Source of the DNA: Nitrospirota bacterium
GTDB taxonomy: Bacteria; UBA2233
Direction: 5' to 3'
DNA length: 40,235 nt
Assembly (NCBI GenBank): GCA_011620345.1
Contig: WOZJ01000010.1
Span: 1 to 40,235 of the forward strand
Each line of letters begins with the position of its first letter. Position 1 is the stretch's first letter. The position numbers were made by a program, and so were the translations under genes. This document shows positions 1-8,950 of the stretch, in pieces. The notes under the pieces were generated by a model. That model saw only the letters and a program-made list of their open reading frames with translations. It was not told the origin of the DNA and ran no database searches.

Positions 1-1
1 C

Positions 2-85
2 GTTAAGAAGCTCATGTTCAATCCGGGACAGGAGATTATTGACCCATTCACCCCACGAAAGACGCTGAGATCAAAGCTTAGATAG
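2..85 (+). other. Possible 3' end of an unknown reading frame entering from the window edge, overlapping the IS remnant
   Basis: Open frame VKKLMFNPGQEIIDPFTPRKTLRSKLR*; too short to identify. Confidence 0.2.
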
Positions 86-212
86 GAAGACTCCGGCTAT
101 GGTTTATTTCGGCATGCTACCGCAGAAACAGGCTGCGGTGTAAACATGAACCAGGAGCGGCTTACCCGCATATCGATAGCTGTTGTCTGTCTAAGTAAAC
201 CGGGCCAGGTCT
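69..212 (+). mobile_element. IS3-family remnant: last transposase codons plus putative right terminus
   Basis: Frame 69-143 reads DQSLDRKTPAMVYFGMLPQKQAAV*, resembling the IS3 transposase tail (H-x-S-L-x-x-x-T-P-x-x-x-Y-F). CTGTCTAAGTAAACCGGGCCAGGTCT (187-212) resembles IS3-type right ends. In-frame TGA at 66-68 shows truncation. Confidence 0.55.
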
Positions 213-288
213 CTCGATGGGGAGCAACATACCAGCTAGCTGTGCAGTAAAACTTCCCGGGCGGGAGCCGACAGGCAGGCTCACCTCC

Positions 289-2004
289 CTAGCTTCTTCT
301 ATTGAGCCATTCAAGTGTAGGGCGGTTGATGCGTTCTTCGTTTAGACCCGTATAGACGTCAATATGGCCCATATCCTTGTATACGCCCCCGTTCGTGACG
401 TCTTGGTTTTTTATCCCGGGCCTAATCGGCCCCCACAACAAAAGCCCGAGTCTGCTTTGGAATACCAGCATCGGCACGTCTATTTTTTGATAATCCCCGA
501 CGTAGCCCAAGCTTTGGCTAGCGGACCTGTAGCTTTTATCGAGCGAGCGCTTGAGGCTTTTTTGGGCATCTTGACGGGCCCTTAAAGACATTCCTGAAAA
601 AATTCCGTCCCCCAATAGATCACCGGCCAGTCCCTCGACGAGGTTTTCGACGGCCAGAGGCAAGGCTTGCGTGTTCACCTTGAAACCCAAAAGCTCGAGC
701 GGCTCGTTGGATGTCGTCAGCTCGAACTCGAACATGCCCACTGCCTCGAGAATCAGCTCCATCGGCCAATGACGGGTGTTGTGGGCCATGTTGACCGCTT
801 GACCGAGCATTGTGTTATTCCCCTCGGGCCCGCTCGAGAACAACCCCGTCAATGGCGAGAGGTAACCTACCGTCCCAAACCACCGGAGGTAGTCGGGAAA
901 CGGCCTTCCGGTTTGCGGGTTGTAAGGCTCAAGGTATATTCCCGTAACCGGGTCAACGGGGGGCGCTAAAATATCCTTGAACGTGGCTTCTCTAAGGTCA
1001 TCGTAATGAGGCATGCCGTACATATGCAAAGGGATTCCTAAATCGTTCAAGAAAGAGGTCGCAACCTCGAGAAGAGCCCCTGCCCCGCCCGTATTGAGCT
1101 GCTTATCGTAGGAGTACGTCGCCATCCCATCATAAAGGAGCCTTCTACCCGCAACATCGATGAGCGCTTGCAGTATCCTAGGGGACAGCCTGCCGTCCAC
1201 AACGGCCCACTCGGGCATATCGGGAATCTGCTCGAGAAGTTCTGACTCGACTAGTTTCCAGAGTTCTAGCGGAATCCTGATCTTCCACCTTCCCCCGTTC
1301 CCGCCGTCGAGCAAGATCAAGCCCTTCAAATCTTCCCCCCAGTATTGGGAGGCATAATTCATCGCGAGCATGCCCCCAAAACTCTCACCGGCCAAAAACA
1401 GCTTATTTTGTCCGGAAAGGCGCTTTGCTTGCTCAATCGCCTCCTTGATGTCGGAGACAAAGCAGTCCCACCCCCAATCCTTCATGAACGCAAGCTGTCT
1501 TCCTTGGGTGTATTTCGGGATAAAGCTTGTCCTGTAATCGATCGTGTACACGTCGTAGCCATTCGCAGCCAGGTATCTTGGAAGAAGCCTTGCTTTGAAC
1601 GTCTCGAGTTCGTCCAAGAGGCCTTTGTAGAAAGCTGCCGCCTGGGGGTTTTGGGTTAAGGCGCTCTGAACGGTTCTTTGCGTATTCTCGAGGAACTCAT
1701 CAGCAACAATATCCATGCCTTCGTCCGACATTCCTGCCAAAATGAAGACAGCGGCCCTTGGCTGCACCTTTTCATCGACCAACCTGTGGAGCCTTATTTG
1801 GTCTTGCGGGCCTAAAAAAGGCTGCACGCCTTTTACCCATGCTGTGTGGGTGATTTCCGGCTGCAACGAAAGCGCCCTTTGGCCCACAACAACCCATGGC
1901 TCACGGCCGGCATCGCCCGACACCTGGCCAAAAGCAGGGCCAGAGCTAATGGCCGGAAAAAGAACCCAAAAGATCGCCCAAAACGCCCTGACCCGCTTTC
2001 TCAT
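289..2004 (-). CDS. Secreted alpha/beta-hydrolase (esterase/lipase) with a large cap insertion
   Basis: Nucleophile elbow GESFGG, YDVYTIDYR, LILLDGG and C-terminal GHIDV. Signal-like MRKRVRAFWAIFWVLFPAISSGPAFG from ATG 2004; alternative starts at 2034 and 2046. Confidence 0.85.
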   Translation of the reverse strand: MRKRVRAFWAIFWVLFPAISSGPAFGQVSGDAGREPWVVVGQRALSLQPEITHTAWVKGVQPFLGPQDQIRLHRLVDEKVQPRAAVFILAGMSDEGMDIVADEFLENTQRTVQSALTQNPQAAAFYKGLLDELETFKARLLPRYLAANGYDVYTIDYRTSFIPKYTQGRQLAFMKDWGWDCFVSDIKEAIEQAKRLSGQNKLFLAGESFGGMLAMNYASQYWGEDLKGLILLDGGNGGRWKIRIPLELWKLVESELLEQIPDMPEWAVVDGRLSPRILQALIDVAGRRLLYDGMATYSYDKQLNTGGAGALLEVATSFLNDLGIPLHMYGMPHYDDLREATFKDILAPPVDPVTGIYLEPYNPQTGRPFPDYLRWFGTVGYLSPLTGLFSSGPEGNNTMLGQAVNMAHNTRHWPMELILEAVGMFEFELTTSNEPLELLGFKVNTQALPLAVENLVEGLAGDLLGDGIFSGMSLRARQDAQKSLKRSLDKSYRSASQSLGYVGDYQKIDVPMLVFQSRLGLLLWGPIRPGIKNQDVTNGGVYKDMGHIDVYTGLNEERINRPTLEWLNRRS

Positions 2005-2005
2005 T

Positions 2006-2137
2006 CTAGCCCCCAAGGTTCCAAATTTGTTCATAAAGCCTATCAAAGCCCAACGGGCAGGCTACCCAAATCCCCAGGCTGTCTAGTGACCCAGGCGGAA
2101 CGGGAACGCTTTGAAGCGCATCGGGCTTATTGATACG
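2006..2137 (-). pseudogene. Putative C-terminal fragment of an interrupted resident gene
   Basis: Startless open frame RINKPDALQSVPVPPGSLDSLGIWVACPLGFDRLYEQIWNLGG*; its TAG lies 1 nt before the esterase ATG at 2004; host-like GC. Confidence 0.4.
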
Positions 2138-2181
2138 TCATCCTAACGCTTAGCAGTGTGCCTAGCTAGGACAGCCGAAAA

Positions 2182-4287
2182 TCAATTTACAGAAAATTCA
2201 CCCTTCAGCCTTATATCTTTTGAAGAAGCCCCTATGTACACACTATATGTTATATTTTCTACTTCCCAAGCCTTTTTATCAACATTATAATAGGCTAAAT
2301 CTTCAACCTTTATGGGGATTGTAACCCTTTTTGTTTCCCCTGGAGCAACGGCTACCTTCTCGAAGCCCTTTAATTCTTTTACGGATCTATCTATTTTTGA
2401 GCTTTCAAACCCAACATAAAGCTGGACGACTTCATTTCCGTCAACCTCTCCCGAGTTTGTTAGATCAAAGGAGACATTGATGGTATCGTTCTTTGCTGCC
2501 GATAACTTGTCAATTCTCATGTTGCTGTAATCAAAGGTTGTATAGCTTAACCCATAGCCAAACTCGTATCGTGGTTCTAAATTATTTTTATCGATATATC
2601 GATAGCCATGATAATACCCATACGTTGCCCTTAGGCTATTGCGAAGCTGCGGCGGGTACTGATCCTCTGATTTTCCGAAGGTTACGGGCAATTTGCCGGA
2701 AGGGTTGTAGTTGCCAAACAACACGTCTGCGATGGCATTGCCCCCTTCTTGGCCAGGGTACCAAGCCATAACGATACCGTCAGCCTTATCTATCCACGGC
2801 TCCACGATAATGGCACTTCCAGCCTCCATCACAACAACGCACTTTTTTGAGGATTTGCAAGCAGCCTCTATTAATTGTTCGTCTTCCTCGTGCAATCTTA
2901 AATTTGCTCTGTCACCTCCAGAAATAAATAGAAATTCCCCTTCATCCTGAGGAGTCAGTGCTGCAATAACGACAGTAACATCGGCCTTCGAGGCTACGGC
3001 CGCTGCATCGCCCCCTTCAGACAACAAGACCTGAACACCGTTGCCGGCCCTATTTTTTATCCCTTCATAGGGAGACACCGTATATTCTGGGGTCACCGCA
3101 CTGCTGCCGCCATCCCCGAGACGCGCGGTATTCGCGTATTTGCCGACAACAGCAATGGTCTTTATCGTATTCCTATTCAGGGGCAATACATTATTATTGT
3201 TTTTTAACAGCGTGATTCCTTCTAAAGACGATAAATACGCCAGTTTCTTGTGTTCTTCGCTCTTATGGATATCCGCGTCAACCTTCCTTTTGATGTCGAA
3301 TAAGCCAAATCGAAACTTTTGCCTTAAAATTCTTTTTACTGACTCATCTAAGCTTTCCATAGGAATTCTATGGATTGCCTCTGCTATCTCTAGGGGTAGC
3401 CCGTAGGAAAGAGCAAAGGGCATCTCTACGTCAAGGCCGGCTTCTAACGCCCTCAACGGCCTTATTTTGAAGGCAAACCAGTCCGATACAACAAACCCAT
3501 CAAAACCCCATTCATCTTTTAATATGTCTTTAAGCAAGTGTTCGTTTTCGCTGCAATAGAGACCATTGACCCTGTTGTATGCGCTCATTACCGAGGCAAC
3601 CTTAGCGTCTTGAACGGCCTTTTTAAAATGAGGGAGGTACACCTCTCTTAAGGTTCTTTCGTCAATCACTACGTTTACAATCTGCCTGGTATTTTCTATA
3701 TTGTTTGCGGCATAGTGCTTTGCGTCCGCCATGACATTCTTTTGAGCCCCGTTGATGAAGGCAGCCCCCATTTCGCCCAATAAAAATGGATCCTCACCGT
3801 AGGTTTCTTGAGCCCTACCGTAACCGGGATGCCTTACTACATTTATGGAGGGGGCAAGCAGACAGTTTCTTGCCTTTGCTAAGGTTTCTACCCCCATGGC
3901 GTTTCCAACATTTTCCTCTAACTTTCTATCCCAGGATGCTGCCCTTGATGCCGAGACCGCAAAACAAGTTGACTTACCAAACCTTACCCCGCGAGGTCCA
4001 TCGGCAAATTTAAGCCCCGGAATACCAAGCCTTTCGTTATCGGGGGTGTCATAACCGGCGTTCAGCGTGGCAAGGCCCGTTAAACCCGCTATACTTAGCT
4101 GTCCGCCGCTGAGCTGCTCTATTTTTTCTTCTGTAGTCATTCTGCCGAGCAAATCGTTGACTCTATCCTCAATAGGCGCGGCAGGATTCTTATAGATAGG
4201 CAGTGCTTCATCGTTTTGCGCATAAGTAATGATCGGTAAAAAGAGAATAATGTTGGAAATGGCAATAAAGTTTCGCATTCCTTTCAT
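2182..4287 (-). CDS. Secreted GH3 beta-glucosidase/xylosidase with C-terminal Fn3-like domain
   Basis: Motifs ADGPRGVR, GRAQETYGEDP, KHYAAN, VMSAYN, GFVVSDW (nucleophile Asp), AWYPGQEGG, FGYGLSYT, EVVQLY; signal peptide; visibly more AT-rich than neighbours. Confidence 0.95.
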   Translation of the reverse strand: MKGMRNFIAISNIILFLPIITYAQNDEALPIYKNPAAPIEDRVNDLLGRMTTEEKIEQLSGGQLSIAGLTGLATLNAGYDTPDNERLGIPGLKFADGPRGVRFGKSTCFAVSASRAASWDRKLEENVGNAMGVETLAKARNCLLAPSINVVRHPGYGRAQETYGEDPFLLGEMGAAFINGAQKNVMADAKHYAANNIENTRQIVNVVIDERTLREVYLPHFKKAVQDAKVASVMSAYNRVNGLYCSENEHLLKDILKDEWGFDGFVVSDWFAFKIRPLRALEAGLDVEMPFALSYGLPLEIAEAIHRIPMESLDESVKRILRQKFRFGLFDIKRKVDADIHKSEEHKKLAYLSSLEGITLLKNNNNVLPLNRNTIKTIAVVGKYANTARLGDGGSSAVTPEYTVSPYEGIKNRAGNGVQVLLSEGGDAAAVASKADVTVVIAALTPQDEGEFLFISGGDRANLRLHEEDEQLIEAACKSSKKCVVVMEAGSAIIVEPWIDKADGIVMAWYPGQEGGNAIADVLFGNYNPSGKLPVTFGKSEDQYPPQLRNSLRATYGYYHGYRYIDKNNLEPRYEFGYGLSYTTFDYSNMRIDKLSAAKNDTINVSFDLTNSGEVDGNEVVQLYVGFESSKIDRSVKELKGFEKVAVAPGETKRVTIPIKVEDLAYYNVDKKAWEVENITYSVYIGASSKDIRLKGEFSVN

Positions 4288-4433
4288 ACGAGCCTCGCTA
4301 TTTCATGGTATCCAAGTTTCTCTTTAAGCTTGACCACAGCCCCGAACTGCAACCCCTCAGACCGGGCTTGGGCTTCATGGCCTACAGCAAAAAGAAAGCC
4401 AAGGGCCAGTGACCAACGCATAAAAGATCGCAC
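4284..4433 (-). CDS. 49-aa small ORF with a signal peptide; probably a chimeric or truncated gene
   Basis: GAGGGG RBS then GTG; MRSFMRWSLALGFLFAVGHEAQA-RSEGLQFGAVVKLKEKLGYHEIARLV*; TGA overlaps the GH3 ATG (ATGA). Confidence 0.55.
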   Translation of the reverse strand: MRSFMRWSLALGFLFAVGHEAQARSEGLQFGAVVKLKEKLGYHEIARLV

Positions 4434-4451
4434 AAGACCCCTCTTTCGTCT

Positions 4452-6845
4452 CTAGGGTATTTGAAGCGTTAGGGGCTCGCCCAGCATCGCTTCGTAGGGC
4501 TTGCCCTTGATCAAGAACCGGATGCTCTCTTGGCCGAAGTTACCGTAAGGGTCTGAAAAGCGAAACTCTGCCGCGCCGGATGTGAGCAAGGGCTTGGCAT
4601 CCAAGGAGCGCGCCTGGACAAAAGGCACCTCAAACCCGCTCGTCACCGCCTCGTAGAAAAGTTCGCCCGTCGAAAGAACCTCCGCCCGCTTGATGTAGCC
4701 AGAAAACGCTTCGTCCTTGCTTAGAATAGAGCGTACCCTCTGATGTCGGTCAAGCAGTATGGCCTGACTAAAAGCGGCCGTCCAGCCAAACTGGTGCACG
4801 GCGGGCAGGCCGAACGAAAAGGTATGGCCCACCTCGCCCGTTTGGGCGTTATAGTTCTCGAACACCCCACCCTTGCCCGCGAGCATCCCCATAAGCCTTT
4901 GCTTTAGCTCATTGGCCTCTTTTTCGTAGCCGTATCGAAAGAGCGTCTCGAGCCCCGAGTAGGCCGTGACGATCCAAACCTGCCCCCGCCAGTACATCCC
5001 CTCGCCGTCGTGGTTGTAAGCGGGGTCGTTGTAGGCAACCGTCGGGATAGGATAAGCTCCGAAGAACTCCTCAGGGTTTAGCAGATGTTCTTCGATAACA
5101 GTACGAATCCTTTCTTCATCCCGGCTCACGCCAAGAAAAGCGGGAAACCAGACGGCCGGGGTGAGGGTTTGAACAAACTTGCCATCCCTTGCCTTGTCCA
5201 TCCAAGCCTTATCCATTTCGCTCCACAGGGTTGACTCGATCCTTTGAGCCAACCCTTGGGCCTTCCTTCGCCACGCCTGGGCGCCCTCGGTATCTTGAAG
5301 CTTCCGGCTTAGATCAGCAAGCGTTTCCATGTAGGCATAGAGCCACGCGTTGAGCTCGACCGAGTCAATACCAGGCCTTGGGATAAACCCGCCAAGGTTG
5401 CTCGTTGGAAGGTTGAACCACGTGTACCTAGGCGTATCATCCCAGCCGCTTTCGATGGCAGAGCTATACTCCATGAGCCCGTTATGGTTGGTATCCCTTT
5501 GATTTTCGAAGAAAGCGACGTAACGCTCCCCTCTTTTTAGCATATCGGAAGCAAAAGCCTCTTTTAGGGGTCCTTGAGGTTCTCTCTCCAAAACCTTTTG
5601 CACCACCCAGCCTTGGACGGGCGGCTGGGTCTGCCAAAAGTAGACCGACGAAAGGTCTTCATTGACCATGTATGGCAGCATGCCGCTGTCCAACTGGCCT
5701 TGAAAGAGCGTGGTCAGGTTCTCCTTGGCCATCTTCACGCCGGCCCCCCCAAACCAAGGTATCTCTCCCCACTCCATCTGCCCAATCGCCTGCAGGGGCG
5801 TATCCCAGGCAAAGAAGAAGTTGAAGACGGGCTTGGATGGGACGCTCGCAAACCCGGGCATCCTGCCTCTTGGGGCATACAGGCCCATCCTTAGAGCAGC
5901 ATGGGCTAACCGAAACAGCTCGGCCTCGGAGGCCGTATCTGTATGAGGCTTGGGAAGGCCGCGGAAAAAACCTTCCCAAGCCGCTTTGGTTGCGCTCCAA
6001 GGGTCTAACCCGCCCGCCAGAGCCTCCCTTTTTGCTTGAAGCACACTGGAAAGCGCCCGCTGTCCGTTCGTTTCAAAGGCAAGAAAGACGTAAAACGACA
6101 AAGACGCCCCAGCCTCAAGCCTTTCAGGCTCACCCAGGATACGCTGCGTCGCTTCCATGGCGCTGTTATCTTCGGTAACGCCTACAAGCTTGAATGTCGG
6201 TGCAACGGCACGAAACGCGCTGAGTATTCGTACTGGCGGAAGGCTCACGTCGTTAAATGGCGTCTCCAACAAAGCCGCATCCTCTGTTTTTTGGACGAGC
6301 CTGCCTAGCGTAAGCGAAGGGACGAACCCGGAAAACATGTTCTCCTGCTTGATCTTGAAGCGCTCGGAGCGAAACCAGAGCTCTGGAGTAACGGAGATTG
6401 CGGAAGGGCCGCCATTTTGAAGGCTACAGGCCAGATAAAGGACATCTTCGTCCAAAAACCCAACCTTGAGTTTGGCTTGCATGTCGCCATCGTTCGCCAT
6501 TTCTTCGATTCCATAAGGCCAGAAAACGACATGTCTCGTTTCCGCAGGGGCAAAGCGCCGATCCCCACCCAAAAGAAAGGCGATGCCCCCCGTGCCAAAG
6601 CTTCCGTTCGTGAAGCTCGTAAGCGCGCTGTAGTAGGCTATCCCCCCGAAATGATCGTCTTGAGTCGCCTTGACCCCAAAGTGTGAGCCGAAATCCGATA
6701 GAACACCGCCGAAAGTTTCGCCCGAGACGTACCGCGGGGCGCCTTCGAGGCTCACGGCATGGCCGGACGGAACCGGGCAAAAGAAAGAGAGGGAAAGAAT
6801 GGAGAGAAAAGGCAACCCCAAAAGCAAGCCCTTACTCGTAGACAT
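4452..6845 (-). CDS. Secreted (alpha/alpha)6-barrel glycoside hydrolase, GH63/MGH1-like (trehalase/amylo-glucosidase clan)
   Basis: Motifs FFAWD, TQPP, ESGWDDTPRY, VELNAWLY, YWRGQVW, FENYN, FGWTAA; GGAGG RBS before ATG 6845; signal peptide. Confidence 0.85.
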   Translation of the reverse strand: MSTSKGLLLGLPFLSILSLSFFCPVPSGHAVSLEGAPRYVSGETFGGVLSDFGSHFGVKATQDDHFGGIAYYSALTSFTNGSFGTGGIAFLLGGDRRFAPAETRHVVFWPYGIEEMANDGDMQAKLKVGFLDEDVLYLACSLQNGGPSAISVTPELWFRSERFKIKQENMFSGFVPSLTLGRLVQKTEDAALLETPFNDVSLPPVRILSAFRAVAPTFKLVGVTEDNSAMEATQRILGEPERLEAGASLSFYVFLAFETNGQRALSSVLQAKREALAGGLDPWSATKAAWEGFFRGLPKPHTDTASEAELFRLAHAALRMGLYAPRGRMPGFASVPSKPVFNFFFAWDTPLQAIGQMEWGEIPWFGGAGVKMAKENLTTLFQGQLDSGMLPYMVNEDLSSVYFWQTQPPVQGWVVQKVLEREPQGPLKEAFASDMLKRGERYVAFFENQRDTNHNGLMEYSSAIESGWDDTPRYTWFNLPTSNLGGFIPRPGIDSVELNAWLYAYMETLADLSRKLQDTEGAQAWRRKAQGLAQRIESTLWSEMDKAWMDKARDGKFVQTLTPAVWFPAFLGVSRDEERIRTVIEEHLLNPEEFFGAYPIPTVAYNDPAYNHDGEGMYWRGQVWIVTAYSGLETLFRYGYEKEANELKQRLMGMLAGKGGVFENYNAQTGEVGHTFSFGLPAVHQFGWTAAFSQAILLDRHQRVRSILSKDEAFSGYIKRAEVLSTGELFYEAVTSGFEVPFVQARSLDAKPLLTSGAAEFRFSDPYGNFGQESIRFLIKGKPYEAMLGEPLTLQIP

Positions 6846-7875
6846 TGCTCCCTCCAAGAATTGCGGGCTCGACGTAGTTCACGAAGTACTCACAAAGCAG
6901 CTCCCCATCGTCCCATATTGGCGAGGGGAAGAAGTCAGTGAGGGCTCCTGTGGGTGCGTTATCAGGGTTCCGGTTGAGCTTCTTGAATGGCACGTTCGTG
7001 GCGGCCTCATAGAGGCTGACCCCGGGCAACGTGCACTGCCCTGCATTAATAATTCCGCTTACCGAGGCGTGAAAGCGCTCGCCTTGGACGACAAAGAGAG
7101 GGATATCAAGCTTTGGAGCATAATTGGTGGCTAGCCCAACAAACCCGAGGCCTTCGAGCGGCTCCCAGAATGCCCGTTCGTACACGCCTTCGGGAACCTG
7201 CCCGGCCATGTTCGTTAAGGCCGGGCCAACCCCTGGCAAGGGGCCGACCGCCATGTTCACGAGCGAGGCCTCGTCGCCCATGGGCTCGATTGAAAAGATC
7301 AGCTTTACCCTTTTATCGGCCATTAAGACCTTTTCGATGACCGGATAGGTCGCGCCGTGGCTAAAGCCGACAACGGAGATATTTTCTTTATTGACTCCTT
7401 CGAGCGATTCCGTAAAGCTCAAAATCCGCTCGTAGTCTTCTACAAACGTGCGTGAGAGCATCAAGACGGCAGGAGGAAAGGGCGAGCTGGCCCCTAGGCC
7501 GTAGCGGTTGGGCTCGAGAAATTCTTGTGGCTTAGCTGCACCAGCGCCAAACATGAACGCGCCGCGAGGATCCCAGGTAACGACGACAAACCCCCTTTTG
7601 GCCAAAAACTCAGGCGTAAAGGGCGGAAAGTAGACCTCCCAGGCCTTCGAATATTCCCAGCTTCCAGGGCATAAGACAATCACGGGGGCGTTTGGAGAGG
7701 GGCCTGCCTTGAGAACATGGACAACGAGCTCGCCTTTAATCCCGCCCCCCTGTGTTGGAATGCGCTGCGTTGTCTTAGACACCCCATCTTCGATGCTAAG
7801 CCCAGGCGTACCGGCAGCGCTCGCGCCCTTTGGCGGAAAGAGCAACAAAACCAAAACCCCCAGGGCCAAAGCCAT
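6832..7875 (-). CDS. Secreted alpha/beta-hydrolase (CocE/dipeptidyl-peptidase-like fold)
   Basis: GFSHG nucleophile motif, GFVVVTWDPRG, PLFVVQG; signal-like MALALGVLVLLLFPPKGASA. Start is uncertain (possibly TTG near 7941); the extension to 8112 overlaps the upstream gene. Confidence 0.75.
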   Translation of the reverse strand: MALALGVLVLLLFPPKGASAAGTPGLSIEDGVSKTTQRIPTQGGGIKGELVVHVLKAGPSPNAPVIVLCPGSWEYSKAWEVYFPPFTPEFLAKRGFVVVTWDPRGAFMFGAGAAKPQEFLEPNRYGLGASSPFPPAVLMLSRTFVEDYERILSFTESLEGVNKENISVVGFSHGATYPVIEKVLMADKRVKLIFSIEPMGDEASLVNMAVGPLPGVGPALTNMAGQVPEGVYERAFWEPLEGLGFVGLATNYAPKLDIPLFVVQGERFHASVSGIINAGQCTLPGVSLYEAATNVPFKKLNRNPDNAPTGALTDFFPSPIWDDGELLCEYFVNYVEPAILGGSNVYE

Positions 7876-7993
7876 TGCCCCAAGGCCATGCAATAAGTCT
7901 ATGAGCGTGACAGGCGGGACATTCTTGTCCAGCCTTGCCAAGGCCCATACCCGTCGGGACAGGAATGCCCCGGCTATCGCTTCATGGTGCTGC

Positions 7994-8950
7994 CTAGAGC
8001 CTTGGCAAAAGCCAAGCATCCACGTCTGCATAGACCCGCTCCTTGCCAACTTCGTTGAAGATCTCGTGGTAAAAGCCATCGTATAGCTGAAAGGCCTTGT
8101 CCTGGACGGCAAGCGCTTCGTAGAGCTGATTTACCGCCTGAGGGGGAACGATGACGTCATCGGAGCCTTGAAGAACCAGAACAGGCGTGCGAAAATTCCC
8201 CGTCTCCTCCCAGATTTTGATCATGGCCTTACCCGACTCGGCCGTGAACCGAAGCTTCATCGGCTCGTGGCATACCAAAGGGTCCGATGCATAAGCCTGG
8301 GTGTTTTCCGTATCGTGGTTTAACAGGCTTGGGTCAATTTGGGTTCCGGGCAGTGGGGTGTCCGGTAGGAGCCTTGCTGCGCCGCCCAGCACGGGCACGA
8401 GAGCCCTGGCCGCCGCAACGTTCACGGCCACCCGGCCCATCCCTGGCAAGGCAAGAAACATGCCCACGCTAGGGTCCGATACGATCAGGCCCTTTAAGTC
8501 TTCGGGGTGGGCAAGCGCGTAGCTTAGCGCAATCTCCCCGCCTAAGCTGTGGCCAAGCATGAAGACCTTATCTACCCCCTCTTCTTGCTTGACGCGCTCG
8601 ATGAACGTCTTTAAATCCTCGACATAATAATCGAAGCGCTCCGGGTTCCAGCGTGGCCCCTCCGAGCGGCCGTGCCCTCTGTGATCGAGCGCATAAACAG
8701 AAAGCCCTTGATCCAAGAAGTGCTCGGCCATTTCTTGGTAGCGGCCTGAGTGCTCCCCAAACCCGTGCACCAAAATGATAGTCGCTTTTGACTGCGGAAC
8801 TTTCCAAGAGCGATAGAAAAGCTTGACCCCGAGCGCCCCTTCAAAGAAGCCCGTCTGAGGCCCAACCTCCTGCTGAGCAAACAAAGGCACGCAAAGGCTC
8901 AAGCCAAGGAAGCCGGCCATCGTCGCCACAAATAGCGTTTGAAACTTCAT
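7994..8950 (-). CDS. Lysophospholipase / monoacylglycerol lipase (Hydrolase_4 family) with signal peptide
   Basis: HGFGEHSGRY, DHRGHGRS, GHSLGG, QGSDD, HEIFNE; AAGGAGG RBS; MKFQTLFVATMAGFLGLSLCVPLFA. Confidence 0.92.
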   Translation of the reverse strand: MKFQTLFVATMAGFLGLSLCVPLFAQQEVGPQTGFFEGALGVKLFYRSWKVPQSKATIILVHGFGEHSGRYQEMAEHFLDQGLSVYALDHRGHGRSEGPRWNPERFDYYVEDLKTFIERVKQEEGVDKVFMLGHSLGGEIALSYALAHPEDLKGLIVSDPSVGMFLALPGMGRVAVNVAAARALVPVLGGAARLLPDTPLPGTQIDPSLLNHDTENTQAYASDPLVCHEPMKLRFTAESGKAMIKIWEETGNFRTPVLVLQGSDDVIVPPQAVNQLYEALAVQDKAFQLYDGFYHEIFNEVGKERVYADVDAWLLPRL

